DNA from: Camelus dromedarius
Taxonomy: Eukaryota
DNA length: 64,000 nucleotides
Direction of reading: 5' to 3'
NCBI RefSeq assembly: GCF_036321535.1
Contig: NC_087436.1
Span: 43,650,001-43,714,000 of the forward strand
Shown: positions 23,671 to 37,671 of the stretch, piece after piece
Layout: the number at the start of each line of letters is the position of its first letter
How positions within the stretch are numbered: the stretch's first letter is position 1
Made by a program: the position numbers and the translations under genes
The notes under the pieces: generated by a model
The model's input: the letters and a program-made list of their open reading frames with translations, nothing else
What the model was told of the DNA's origin: nothing
The model's database searches: none

Positions 23671-24455
23671 CAAACCTATTTTAAATTAATAAAAATAATT
23701 TTTAGATTAATATGTGTCAAGTATTTGCCCCCATATTACAAATCTTCAAATAAAAGTAAATATTATTTAACAGTAAAGTACGTGCATAAGGTAAGGGGCA
23801 CATCTGCACCTTTCAAATACAAGAAAAATAATGATATCTTTCTTCATCCAGAAAATTATGCATGTTAGAAAGAAAAAGGTATTTAAAGATATTTTCTGGC
23901 CCTCAAGTTAACTCTGCTACCCCCATAATCCAAATAATAATTTATTTGGACTCTCTATTTGCATCATATGTAAGAGCTTAAAAAAAAAAGCAGTTTTAAC
24001 TGAAGTTAAACACAAAAATGTGATCTTTAAATATATTTAGAAAACTACTCTTAGGATTCATATAATTTTTAGATTTTCTTAATTCCTATACATTATAATG
24101 ATCAGTGAAACCTGGCCATGCATGCTAGTTTAATTGTCATCCCAAATATGTGTAATCTTATCTAAGAACTTCCAAAATATCAAATATCATAATAATTGTA
24201 TAATTGAATATTCAGTAGGTTCCTTTAAAGGGCTGAAGTGAGGAGGATTGGGTAAGAGGATAAGATCAATACTGTATTGGGAAAAAAAGTATTATACTTT
24301 TTAATGTGTAAATTTATATTTGATATATGTTGTGACCTGTACAATAGTTGTATATATAACTTTTTTTTTTTTTGTAATTTGGGAAAAATACTGTTTTTCA
24401 AGGTAGAATTTAACACATATATCATGTAGATCCATCTTACTATGTTAGGCAGTTC

Positions 24456-24540
24456 TTTTTTTTTAATTGAAGTACAGTCAATTACAATGTGTCAATTTTG
24501 GGTATACAGCACAATGTACCAGTCATGCATATACATACAA
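24456..24540 (-). mobile_element. Very short lineage-specific L1 3' end
   Basis: TTTAATTGAAGTACAGTCAATTACAATGTGTCAA..CAGTCATGCATATACATACA; same family as the copy at 16.9 kb. Confidence 0.7.
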
Positions 24541-24599
24541 TATGTAACTGGGTTTTTTTTTAAGAATTAGTAGGAAAGAAGTATATAATAAAGAAAGAA

Positions 24600-24643
24600 A
24601 AAATGATAAATTTGACCACCTACTTATGAACATAGTAAAAATA

Positions 24644-24707
<64 letters not shown>

Positions 24708-25480
24708 AATGGAATCCAAGGATTCCAATCCAACTGGGGAAAAATTATTTGATCATATGTGACACATACACAAAAAGGTCTCACAGGTCAATTAGAAGGA
24801 GACCAAAGCACCAACAGAAAATGACAAAGACTGAACAGACATTCACAAACAAGGAAAATCAAATGGCTAACAAACTCACAAAAATATGCTTAATCTAATG
24901 ACAAAAGATGAAATACATGTTTATCCAATGAAATGTGTTTTGGCTATCAGATTGGCTAAGATAAAAAATGAGAGAAAATACTAAACATTGGCAAGCATTT
25001 GTTGAAATAGATGGTCTCATATTCTTTAAGCAAGAACATAAATTTGTACTCTAGCTGTAGAGGACAATTTGATAATAAATACTAAAATTCAAGATACATG
25101 TAGTCTGACACGGAAATTCAACTTCTAGGATCTCATCTAAGGAAATATTATAGGTGACATGAAAAACTGGAAACAATAGAAATGCACCCAAAGAGTAGAA
25201 TCACCCATTAAATGTAATACCTTATAACCATTATGTAAATCAATTTGTGCTATTTTATCCAAAATGTTCAGTGAGGAATATAAGCTACAGAATAATAAAC
25301 ATCTACATGTGTTGGTTTAAACAACTGGCACGTGAAGAAAAGCTGGAAGATTGTATACTAAGGAAATTATCTTTAGGGAAGAGAACTATAAAGGACTTGT
25401 ATTTTCCTTTAATATATTTCTATAGTGTTTGAAGTTTTTACAAGTATATATTATGCTGTAACCAGAAAAAAATACATATT
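24600..25480 (+). mobile_element. Old L1ME ORF2-end/3' UTR fragment
   Basis: CAGACATTCACAAAC..AAATGGCTAACAAAC, AATTCAACTTCTAGGA, AAAACTGGAAACAA. Confidence 0.65.
24653..24702. repeat. (TA)n microsatellite
   Basis: About 25 perfect units. Confidence 0.95.
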
Positions 25481-26144
25481 TTTATATAAAATTCAATATG
25501 TAGAACTGAAATAAAATTTGTAAATAATAATTTAGTAACTAAACAAAGTTACTCATGCAAGATTCTGTGATAATGGACTTGTCAGCCACAGACCACTGCC
25601 AATATTTTCATGTACCTGTCCCAAACAGAAAGGAAACATCATAGAACATCATTAAATGTTGTGAGACTGGGGAAGAAGCCAGTTCTCTAACAACAGGAAT
25701 ATTGACCAAGCAATGCAGGGAGCTGATGTGGGAAAGATTTGCTTTTATAGCCTGATGAAGATTAAAGTTCCATATTCTTCATGCAAAAGATCACAGTCAA
25801 CATTTGGGCTTTGACTTGATTTGGTAGCCTCTGTAGATCTCAAAAAGATATGTGGAATGAAGATGGAAACCCCCGAAATCTGTTTATGGATTGTTGTAAT
25901 AGAATTTCAGATCATCTGGCATTTCATTTTGGGGGACTTTTATTCAATTTTAGTTTTACTTTGTTTAAAGAAGAAACAAAGTAATTCTGATCCTGTTACT
26001 TCTCTACGTGCAAATCTATTATGGGAAAACATTGTTCAAAGGATAATGCCCAAAGTCTTCCTTATCAAAGCAAACAGTCTGGCCCCAACCTACCTTAACC
26101 AGTCTTATCTAGGGTCTCCATTCACTCAACTCCACACCCAACCT

Positions 26145-26171
26145 ACACACACACACACACACACACACACA
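26145..26171. repeat. (CA)n microsatellite
   Basis: About 13 perfect units. Confidence 0.95.
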
Positions 26172-27152
26172 ACTCAGTGAAAAGTTTAATGAGGACACAG
26201 TGCTAACATGTGGACTTCATCCCCTCTATGGAGCCTTTCCTAAGTTTGTGTGGTATTTATCACACTTTATTTAAGTGTTTATTGTCTGCTCTAAGCAGTA
26301 ACCTATTCAAATAAGTATAAGGAAAGTGCTTTGAGAAGTGTTTTGAATCCAAAGGCAATTTTGAACATTTACAAACTAGCCATTTCACAAGAAGTATAAT
26401 AAATCCAAATGGAATAGAGAACAAAAAATAAATTCATGATTATAAAATTACACCCAGAACAAAATCTGACAATGGGTGCTTATACTAGATAACTCTACAG
26501 ACCCTAGCCTGAGAGAGCCAGCTGTGGTGGGGGACAGCCTAACAGCTCTGCCACCCACACCTCCCAGTTCCAGCCCTAAGAGAGCATAGACAGGGCAGGC
26601 TTGCCTGGTCAAGATGACCGAGTAAGGAAAAAGGAAGGGGTGCCAAACTCATTGGAAAGAAGAGGCCTTATTGGACAGTGCTGTTGAAGAGAGGAAAGCC
26701 TGCGGATGAGGGAAAAGCTCAGTGGGAGCAGTTAGATCACTGAATGAAAGGGAGTTATGCTCATCTCTTTCTCCTGGGTGTTTATGCCGAGGTCAGAAAG
26801 GCAAAGCTGGATCTCTGTATACAGAAGCACATTATAAATGGCTGTTGCTAGGAAGAGAATGGTTGTCATATGTGATAATGATCCTTCAGAGAATAATGCT
26901 TTTGCCCTTTGGTAATAGCCATTTATTTCTGCTTTTCCTCTCCTCCCCCACCCCCACCACCCTTCATCAGAACCTGGACTACAAATTCTGACAGCTAACC
27001 ACACTTAAAAGGAGCAGATTGGTGGCGAGAATTTGGAAAATAAAATAGCCTAGCCAGAAAAACCAGTTTGCAAGCAAGATTTTTATTTCTTAAGGGTTTT
27101 TTTCAAGAAAAACATTACCATTTATTTAACAATTCATATAATATATATCTTA

Positions 27153-27154
<2 letters not shown>

Positions 27155-27211
<57 letters not shown>
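27155..27211. repeat. (AT)n microsatellite
   Basis: About 28 perfect units. Confidence 0.95.
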
Positions 27212-27217
<6 letters not shown>

Positions 27218-27224
27218 TCTCTGT

Positions 27225-27760
27225 ATCATGTACCATGCTAGACACTAGGGAGAAAATGAAAAAGGCATAGTCCCTGCCCTCAAGGATGTTAGAGATAGTA
27301 AAACAAAGAAGTGCATTAAACTGTTAGAGACAATGAAAGCTTGTAAAGGTGGAGGCGGAGCACTAAGAAGGACTGATCAATTCATTGTGGGAGACTCAGA
27401 AAAGGCTCCTATAGAGGGGTGACTCTTAAGATGAGTCTGGAGAGAGAAGCAGACTCCCTGGGTGACAGGGAGGGGGAAAGCTTGGAATTCAAACAAAGGA
27501 ATTTGTAAGAGAAGCAAAATTTGCATGGTGCCTTCAGAGACCTGGGGCCCTGCTCAGAAGGCACAGAGGATCTCAGAGGCCTTATTAAGAATCTGGACTT
27601 TATCGCAAAGGCAATAAAGAATCATTGAAGAGTTTCAGGCAAGGAAATAACAGGCTCAAATTTGAGTTTTAGAAAGGTATCACTGGCAGCAAAGTAAAGG
27701 ACAAAATAGGGGACACTGGAGACAGGCTAGCAAGAGATAGAGTAAGGAGAGCAAAAGAGC
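27225..27760 (-). mobile_element. L2 LINE fragment
   Basis: CATAGTCCCTGCCCTCAAGG, GGACTTTATCGCAAAGGCAAT, TTTAGAAAGGTATCACTGGCAGC. Confidence 0.65.
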
Positions 27761-28273
27761 AAAGGGAGAGGTAAGAGATGTTACCTGATCATCCTACCTG
27801 GGGGGAAAACTGACAAGGATTAAATTTTAATCTAGTGTTTCAGTATCAAAATGTTTGTATCTCACAGCTCTTCTCCCAACCCTGAAACTACAACCATGCT
27901 TTCCTGATAAATCCAAAAGAAAGCATGTTGGTGCTTCCTGGCCCCACAGGAGCCTTTATGCTAATTATGCACTGGCATCTGAAGTAGATCAGGTTTCTAA
28001 TTCAGGACAAACTGTTAGCCTCATGGAAGGAAGTAAGCAGAGAAACCACTAACTGAAAAAAGTAACCTGACATTTACCTGGGCTTTCTTAGAGCTAGAAA
28101 GAACGTTCTAGGATTAACAGTGATCCTATCAACTGGGGAGTATGTCGAATTTTCTACATCTTTCTGAAGAAAATCTAATAACACACGGTCATACTGATGG
28201 ACTTGAAGGCTGTCCTCCTCAAGTATCTATCAGTCAATAAATAGCTCAAAATTGTTTACTATAAACAAAATAG

Positions 28274-28401
28274 TTTGTTTTTTTAATTTTGGGGGGGTAA
28301 TTAGGTTTATTTATTTATTTTTTTAATGGAGGTACTGGGGGTTGAACCCAGGACCTCACACATGCTAAGCTGGCACTCTACCACTGAGCTATACCCTCCC
28401 C
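28274..28401 (-). mobile_element. Camelid tRNA-derived SINE
   Basis: GGGGGTAATTAGGTTTATT..GGAGGTACTGGGGGTTGAACCCAGGACC..CACTGAGCTATACCCTCCCC; TSD CAAAATA(G/T)TTT. Confidence 0.9.
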
Positions 28402-29811
28402 ACATCAAAATATTTTAGATACAAACTTAAAAAGTTTATGTAAGATTATATATTATATGTATATATATAATATGTATGGATGAAATATATATATACATAT
28501 ATATAAAAATATAATTTACCAATATTTATTTAGCTCCAATTAGGTTTCAGGGAAAATGAAAAGTGAAAAATTAAACAAAATCCCTATCCTTGTGGAATTT
28601 ATACTTGAAGAAAAAAAGTTTATATATATCCTCATAAAAGGTAAATCTTAAATTTTATTTCATTACCATACTTTTGTTTTGATTGTACAAAGCATTCAGG
28701 TATTTCAGAAGTTACTTTCACCCTGTGCCTACCATTCTTTTTAAATGGTTTAGACTCTGTTTATTATTTTTAACATTATCAATGCAAGATAACTTGGGAA
28801 ATACAGAAAGTGTTGAGGAAAAATAAAATTATTCAAACTATCATTAATCACAAACCTTGCATCTTGTTGTTTCCTTGCTTTCCCTCACCCACCATGGCCA
28901 GTTCATCAGGAAGTCTGCAACTCTGTCTCCTAAATACACTCAATACCATCCACTTTCTCTATGTCCACTGCTAGTACCCTACTCCCAGTCACATTATCTC
29001 TTCCATGGATTACTTATACTATCTTAACCAGTCTTGCTAGCACTCTTGTCCCCATTCCATTCTAATCTCCCCACAGTAGTGAGTGAATTTTTTAAAAAGT
29101 AATTCAGATGATGTCATTCACCTACATAATATCTTTTAATGTGGATACTAATAAGCAAGTTCTAATAAGCAACTCTACACAGAGTTCTTCATCATGACTG
29201 TGACTTTCTGTCCAACAGGATAATTTTTGCAGTTTTTCTTCAAATTTTTCAATGGACGTGAAACACCTCCCTTCCCTTCTTGAGGATTATATTCTCTCTC
29301 ATTTTAATTCCTGTTTCATTATTCCATGTTACATGAAGTCTGAAAATGATTCAGCTGCAAGAGATCTTAAAGGTCATAAACTCCAGTAGTTTTTCAATTT
29401 TGTTTTTAGCAGTATAACTCATATGAACAATTACACAGCAACCCAATTATATATATATCACTTTATATAAGTGATATGAGCTGTGTTTTATTAGGATAAA
29501 TGTGGATTAAATTCCTATAAATAGGAATTTATATAAATTCAAATCTATATATATATTTTTTTTTTGCAAAGACACTTAGTAAGATTTAATCTGATAACTT
29601 GGAGCTGATTATATATTTAGCTCTACTTGGTGGACAGAGCATGCTGGTGCTGATGGGAGCCTGTGGAAGTTCTCTTCCGATGGCTTCAGTTTTCTCAGTG
29701 AGTACAGAAGCAAGGTCATCGGCAGACAGTGAGGGTAAAGGAGATGTTAGAAGTTTAAGAGAGTAGAGAAATGAAATTATAAAATAGAGTGAGAGGGTGA
29801 ATGGTCTAAGA

Positions 29812-29995
29812 CACTAGTTTACAAAGTATGGTGCCTAGACCAGCATCACTAGTATCACCTGGGAATTTATGAGAAATTACAAATCTCAAGGCCCACCAGC
29901 CTTACTGGATCAGAAACTGTGGAGGTGAAGTGCTCCTGGATGTCTGGTGCTAAGAAGGCCCCCAGGTGATGGTGAGATGCACTGAAATCTGAGTA
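29812..29995. mobile_element. MER5A-like hAT DNA transposon, within L2
   Basis: AAAGTATGGTGCCTAGACCAGCATC..ATCACCTGGGAA..ATCAGAAACT..CCCCAGGTGAT. Confidence 0.75.
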
Positions 29996-30687
29996 TGTGG
30001 GATGAGGGAAGTGCAGTGACATTTCTGAACAGCATGAAAAGCACCTGGAGGTTCAGGATTATGAATCTAAAGGGAAATCAGGAACCACTGTTGCCAAATT
30101 TAACTGTGAGGTGCAGGATTGAAGTAAATGGAGATTTTAATTTAACTCAAATTCTGATATCCTGTTATTGTATTTTTTATTTGTAACATATTTCAATGTA
30201 TGTTTTTTCCAATGTTTAAAAATAAAACAAATATATTTGAGAAATAAAACCCGAACCACCTGTTTTCCATTCCTAAAGCAGACGCACAGTATGAAACCTA
30301 AACTACAGGATCTAATCCAACTGCCTCATTACACAGGTGACGATGCCTGATTCAACTGGCCTCTATTTTATTCTAATGGATAAGAACTCCTACCTTCAAT
30401 AGGAAATTGTACAATGGTTATATTCAACGATGATAATGATATCATTAAGAAATACTTTTCTGGAAATGTCTTAGTGTGCTTGAGTTAAATCAGTAGTTCT
30501 CTAATATTCTCCTCTGCTGACAAAAGAGAAGGCAACGAAACAGGTTTATCAGAAAGAGTGACTGGAGGGGATGTCGGAGGAAATTGCTCCCCTGCTCCCA
30601 AGGGGACGTCAGGAATTTGGTAATTTGGCATAAGGGGGGCTTGGGCAGAGATAGTTTTTAAAAGCTTCCTTCCTGTGCACATTATTT

Positions 30688-30765
30688 ATGTATTTATTGA
30701 AGTATAGTTGATTTATGATACTGTGTTAGTTTCAGGTATACAGCAAAGTGATTCATATATACATA
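30688..30765 (-). mobile_element. Short cetartiodactyl-type L1 3' end
   Basis: TTATTGAAGTATAGTTGATTTA..GTGTTAGTTTCAGGTATACAGCAAAGTGATTCA. Confidence 0.75.
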
Positions 30766-31465
30766 GCCCACACACATTTGCCTCTCCCTCTCTGGAATCA
30801 CTTGGGAATTTTGCTGATAACCTCAAGGTCGAAGGGTTAAACCCCAGATTCATGAGTACCAAGTGCACTCCTCCCTGCTGCTGTTTCGTAGCACAGGCCC
30901 CTGGCTCTAAGCGAGAGAGCAGTAAAGAAGCAGCACAACCGCGCGCTCCTGCTGTAGAAAGGAGCCACTCAGCTCTTTCACACACACACTTGCTTCCAGG
31001 CTCAGCACTGGGTTTTTTTTATCTGGGATGCTTCCCTCCCTACACCTTACCATTCTAAGTGTTCCGCATCATTTAATTTCCAGACAAAACAGACTTTTCT
31101 TTGCCTACTTTAACTCTGTTTCCCTCCTTTCATCGAACTCCTACGGAATGCATTATCTTTACCTCACAATTCAGAATTTTCCTGAACCCGCAGACTAGGT
31201 TAAGACCCCTGCTGAATGCTGCCAGCATACAGCTCTTACCATCCTCAGAGCACCCATGGAATCACCAGGTAATGAGATCACTTGCTTCATTGCCTGATGT
31301 ATGTTCTGTCAAGGCAAGGATCTTGTACATTTTGTTCTACTGTGTATCCTGGTGCCTACCTCAAACCGTGGCACAGGACAGATGCTCAGTAAATAACTGT
31401 GGAAACAATAAACGAATATATTCTTATACACCAAGGGTAGTCAAATACTTCTATTAGGTGAAAGG

Positions 31466-31996
31466 TGTGGCAGTCTGTCACATTAGTGGCCTCTGTGGAC
31501 CACACCTGCAATTTACATCCTCATGCAGTCCCCTCTCCTGACCCACTTTAACCAATTAAATACAGTGGAAGATACTCTGCCAGTAACCAGGCTTAAGCCT
31601 TAAGAAAGTTTAGAAGCTTCCCCTTTTTGCACAGCTGGAAGCTCATCTCCATATACACAGTCCAACTGCCCTGAGACCACCAAGCTAGGAGGAAGCCTAA
31701 GTTATCCACATGCTGAGACCACATGGAAGAGCACTGAGAACCCAGCCAAAGCAAGAACTGAGGACTCCGCTGAGCAAGAACTGAATCTCTCCCCCAGCCA
31801 GCGCCAACTCCTCAGGCATGTGAATGGGCCATCTCAGAAGTGGATCATCCAACGCCAGTCAAGTGTTCCCAGTTGATGCCACATGGAGCAGAGACATGGG
31901 CCAAATGGCAGAATCACGAACAAATAAACGACTGCTGTGGTTTTAGGCTACTAAATATTGAAATGGCTTATTATGCAGGAATTGATAACTGAGATA
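31466..31996 (+). mobile_element. MaLR LTR (MLT1F-like)
   Basis: TGTGGCAG start; GAGACCACATGGAAGAGCACTGAGA; ends GGTTTTAGGCTACTAAAT..ATGCAGGAATTGATAACTGAGATA. Confidence 0.75.
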
Positions 31997-32214
31997 GATG
32001 GTTGATTGATATTAAATTCCATACAAATAATACCCAATAAATAACAAACCCAATAGATATATATATACACAAGCATACACAAAGATTTGCTTCAACGAAA
32101 AGCAGCAAATTTACAGAAAGAACTTGTATATTTTCTGGACATATAATAGTCTGATGTGTCATTAAATCAAGTGTTATGAAGTGTCTAAAGTGTCTGCACC
32201 TACATGTACGTATC

Positions 32215-32350
32215 ACTTACTATCCCCAATTTACAGATGAGGAAACTGAGGGTTAGAGAGATGAAGTAACCAGTCTAAGGTCACGCAGCAAGCAAGATTC
32301 AGTACCAGGATTTAACCCAGACAATGTATCTTCAGAGCCCAAGATCTTAA
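32215..32350 (-). mobile_element. MIR SINE
   Basis: MIR core TTTACAGATGAGGAAACTGAGG..AAGGTCACGCAGC. Confidence 0.8.
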
Positions 32351-33365
32351 AAACACCATGGTGACTTTCAGGAAAGAACCACCAACACCATCACCACTGA
32401 CATCCAATCATCAGAACCATTTAATTGTGCTTCTTAAAGTAGGAAGACAGAAATCTGTCATGCCAATCTCTCCTCTTTCTCTCCAGTTTCAGAAGAGTTC
32501 CTCCAGAACTACTGATAGAGTGGGACAATCAGCAATATTTTGCCTCTAAAAAGGGTTTGGAGAAAGAGAGTCACCCTTGCCAACATTCAGCACCTATGGA
32601 AATGATGTGATTGCAAAGAAAACCTGTCTGACCAAAAATTTCTTCCCCAACTGGTAGATGCCTGAAATCTACCATCACACAGGGGAAATGACAATGATCT
32701 GTCACATACTTCTGTACACCCAACTCTCTGGACTCAATTTCTTCACATATAAAATCAGAGAATTTTGTTTTTTAAATTCCATGGTTCTATTTTTTATTTA
32801 TTTAAGATGAATTTAGCAGCTATGTCATTAAGTTAGGTAAATTAGGTAATTTGGCTGCCTAAGTTATTAAATTAGGTAAAGGACTATAAAATATTATGAT
32901 AAATGAAAGGTACTCATAATACATGGGGTATATTTCCAGTCTGAAACCTAAAAGAAAAAGGATTATTAAGGGGACCCTTAGTACCAATGATTCCCAGACA
33001 AATTATCTACATTAAATCTGCCAGCAGAGTTAAAACTTGTTGAGAAAAAAAATTTTTTAAACCTGAGAGTAAGAAATGTTCCATAAGTAGCCTCATGGTC
33101 CCCACCAGTATGCGCGGCATGTGGCTAAAGCAATTCTATGTATGGGTCAAATTTAAAAGTCTAGTTTTATTCATTTAACACGAGTTTATTGAACATATTT
33201 AATGAAAAATTTTCTGTGCTATTCAACACGAATGATCAGAAAATGTATATTAAAAAAAGAATATGTATGTGACAATATTCTTCTGGTAGCTTTAAATCTG
33301 GTAGGAAAGAAAAGATATATATGTGAATAATTGCAATCAAGTAAAATACAATAAATGAAATGACA

Positions 33366-33645
33366 GTCACAAAAAGACAAATACTGTATGATTCCACTTA
33401 CATGAGGTATCTAGAGTAAGCAAATTCATAGAAACAGAAAGCAGACTGGTAGTTACCAGGGGCTGGAGAAGAGGTGGAAACATGGAGCTGGTGTTTAATG
33501 GGAATAGAATTTCAGTTTTGCAAGTTGAAAAGTTCTGGAGATTGGTTGCACAACAATATGAACACAATATTACTGATCTGTGAACTTAGAAATGGTTAAA
33601 GTAGTCAATTTTATGTTGTTGAGTTTTTTACCACAATAAAAAAGA
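33366..33645 (+). mobile_element. L1MB 3' end
   Basis: GTCACAAAAAGACAAATACTGTATGATTCCACTTA..AGTTCTGGAGATTGGTTGCACAACAAT..ACCACAATAAAAAA. Confidence 0.85.
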
Positions 33646-35921
33646 AAGAAAATAGAATATAAATACCACCAGAATTGTATAGATAGTGAGCAGTGCAGTG
33701 GTTCGGGGAATGAGAGATCCGTTTGTTTAGTGTGAATGTTACTGTGATGAGGAGAACCTTTTTGTGGAAAGTAAAATTGGTGGGAGTCTTTGAAGATGAC
33801 TTGAGTCCTGAGAGGTAGAGATAGGAAAAATTGAAGAGATGAGAAAAACTGGGGAAGCAGAAAAGGCCACAGTGTATTGGGGACCGGAAGAGAACCATTC
33901 TGATTTTGCACTAAACAATGAGCACAGAGAAAAATGCTTAAAGAACCACAATCCTGGGAATTTTAACTTCATTGCAGTTAGAGTTATACTGCCGCTGTGC
34001 AGCATTTCATAACTTGAGATTGCCTTAGGGGAGGAACTTTTTATTGCTTCAATCCTAGATTGATAAGAACATATTATCATATATCATTAGTAACAGCTAA
34101 TAACAGTAATGATTTAATAAGTGTAATGCAATCTAAGACACTTCACAAATAAACAAAAATTAAGCCAAACTGGGCAAAATGCCCAGATTTCTTCCTACAC
34201 AAACCAACAAAGTACTGTACAAAGTGAAAATGGAAACAAATGTCTCACAATAATGGTGGTTATATTTTGGGTGGTAAAACAATGGAAGACTTTTTTTTTC
34301 TTTTTTCCCTGTTTCTTTTTATTTCTGTTTCAAAAATAAGCATGAACACCTTTTCTAATGGAAAAACATTTAATGAAATAAATTCCCATTATAGTGAATG
34401 ACACTGGAAAATGAAAGAAGTATTTCTTGAGGTCCTGAAGGGAAAATGATGGGGATCCTCTTTGATAAAATGAGGGAACATTCTTTCAGTCAGATTCCCT
34501 CAAAGCCTTCTCAGATTGCTCTACATCTGTGTATCACCAAGCAAAGTGGGGATTATGGCTACATGGTGGCAGGTAACTTGTCTTTCATTGACTTTACATA
34601 CCCCTAACCGGGTTCTTCCCAGCATAGTTTCTCAGTAAATAGTTCTTGACGATTAATGACTCTGAACACAGAAGACAGAAGGCACTAAGCCATCCCTGTG
34701 GGGCATTTTGGCTCTGAACTTAACTAGAAAGGAGAACAGCAGGAATGCTCCGATCACTTATTACGCTAAGGAGAATGTTTTATATAATTTGTCAAGTCCC
34801 ATCAATGATCCAATTTGGGGAGTTTGTTCCCTCCCCGTGAAAGTAGAAGATATGGCATCTTCTCTTGTGAAGAGACTATGAGTAGGCTTACAACTGAACT
34901 CACACTCTTCACCCCTAAAGGAAAGCAATCTTACTAGTTTCTCACATTTTCTTTCATATTTTGTGTATACAGATGCAAAATATGTATGTTACATAGACAC
35001 ATTACATCACATCATAAAACTGATCTGTGTCCAGTTTTCCTATTTCTTTCCACCTCCAATATATTCCGTAAGAATTATCTATAAGTATCATTATTAATAC
35101 CTATATCTGTAAGTATTCATCTTTGTGGATTTGAAGTTGAACTGTTGGACTGAATTGAAGAAAATTTCATTCATTCATTCAACAAATATCTAATTTCAGC
35201 CAGATGCTGAGTCTACACCAGTGAACCAAAGAAACAGGGTTTCTGCCATGACAAAGTTTAAAGTCTAACTTGCATAGTATAAAACCTACCTAATTTATGC
35301 GAAAAATATGCACATGTATGAAACAACTAGAGAAAAATCATCAGTGGACTCAAATGCTTAATCACTGGTACAGCTATAGGATACATGTGGAGCAGATGCG
35401 AGTCCCCAAACATCAGGGCCAAGAGGCAGAATGGATAAGCTTTGGTTAAATAAGAATTTTATGCCTCGAAGACATTTTAGATGTAATCAAATCCAAATTC
35501 TTTACTTTTTTGGTGAGGAATCAGCCTCAGGAAGAACAGTGAATGTTATGTAGATGCAGAGAGAGACCCAGGCTCTTTCCAATCCAGAGCAGACCATATT
35601 GTCTGGTGCTGGTGAAGACCCAAAAAGGTGATTTTTTAGAGGACATTCCAACCTTCAAATTGTGAGGCTGTTTTGCAGAAAACACTACAAGGAGAGAACA
35701 CTTCTTTGGGAGTAATCAGTAGTAACAATACAAAAAGTTTAAGACCATGAACTCCAGAGCCTGACTGCTGCAATTAAAATCCCTACTCTGCTACCCATTA
35801 TCTGAGTGTCCATGGGCCACTGACCGTAACTTCCTTAGCCTCCGTTCCTTCATCTGTTAAAATGAGAATGATAATGGTATCCCTCTTATGGGGTAATTTT
35901 GAAATTAAAATTTCTTGATAT

Positions 35922-36095
35922 AGTGATGTGATGATAAATGTTTAACAATCACCCTGGGGGATAAGGATGCTTTGTGCAAATGGCCTACTTCTTACCAGGG
36001 CCAATTTTGAGCTACCAACATAAAGCCAATCAGCTCACAGAATACCTGATGTTTTAACAACTGGCTCTCTCAAGCTGGTACATGACACACCACTG
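35922..36095. mobile_element. MER63-like hAT DNA transposon inserted in a MIR
   Basis: AGTGATGTGATGATAAATGTTTAACAA...TTTAACAACTGGCTCTC..ACACCACTG. Confidence 0.6.
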
Positions 36096-37671
36096 CATAT
36101 AAAGTATTACAAAAGTGTCTGGCACTTGGTAAGCATTTTATAAATATACACACACATACAATATGTAGATATTAGTTACTATATATACTAACAAAATATA
36201 TGACAGTATTTCCTCTGATTTTGAATCATTCAAATACACTATAATTTTCAGAATAACTAAATTTATAGTAGTGCCCAGGGGGTCCTACTTCCCAGAAGGC
36301 CCCCCAAAAAACCTATAACCTAACTAAAACAGTATGTTTACTATGCCAGTGCAGCTCCAGACAGATTTCCCTGATGTCTCTGCTCCTTCTAATCAGATTT
36401 CCACCCTCATTCCCCTCCTAGATAGAGCAGAACCAAGTAAAAGCATGAATGATTCGTATTTGAATGACATTATCAATGATACATGATTTATAATTTTAAA
36501 ACAATTATTGTGTATCTCAAGTGCTTTACTTACAATATCTCAATGAATCCTTACAGCAACCATATTGGGTGGATATTATTTTCAAGTGAAGAAACTGAGG
36601 CTCAGACAGGATTCATAACTTCCCAAAGGACATACCTCTAGTAAATAATACAACATACACTTAATCTGGTCTTTTGAGGCTAAACCTTAGGCTTGCTCCA
36701 CTGTCACACATTATGGCATAATTAGAAGAGGGTTTCTTTTGGGTTTTTTCTCTTTTTCAGTTCCATGTAGAAATTTGGGTTAACTTACAGTACTTTAACA
36801 ATAACTCTCTATACTACATACTATAGCTACTATATACTGAACCATGTATGTATTATAAAATTTTGTATATAAAGTCCACAGAAAGCTGTAGCTGGATATT
36901 TATAAACACTGGGGAAACTCATCTTAGTGCATATATTCCAGTGAATCACCCGTGATACTGAAATCAGTAAGGCTTATACTTTGATTTCTGTCATTTTTAG
37001 TTTATGTTTGCAATAACAGAATTCTTAAAATAAGTTTAATTTCTGACCATATCTTTATCTGAAGATACAAACACAATATTAAATCTGTGATTTAAAAAAC
37101 ATGGGAAAATACTCCTTTAGTAGAACAGCAGGATGGGGTAGAGTAGGGGTGGTTGTGGGGTAGTGAGGAAGACTTATACTGAATAGCGTTTAGGCACTGT
37201 GTGAGCCAATACAAATGTTCATCTGTTAACTATAGAGGTACAGAGTGAACACACATGCTTTAGGTCAATATAGCCATCTGCTTTCAAACAAACCAACACT
37301 ATGCCTACAATTACAAAGAAATATAATACCCATATTTTATTCATACAAGGATGCATTTATACATACTCAGTGTCATAACCTGAAACATGACCTGTCCACC
37401 TTCACCACTCTCCTCCTCACTTACTTTGCTTGAGCTACATTGGCAATCTCCCTATTCCTAAAACAGACCAAACTGGTCCTACCTCTGACCATTCCCATTG
37501 CTTTAACATCTGCCTAAAATGCTCCTCCCCCAAATGTGTGTTCCCTCCTTCATATTCTTCAGACCTCTGCTTAACTATCACTCATTAGGGAGGTCTTGTC
37601 TGACCGCATCCCACGTCCTCCCACACTTATCTTGTTTTATCTTTTCCATAGTCCTTATCACCACCTGACAT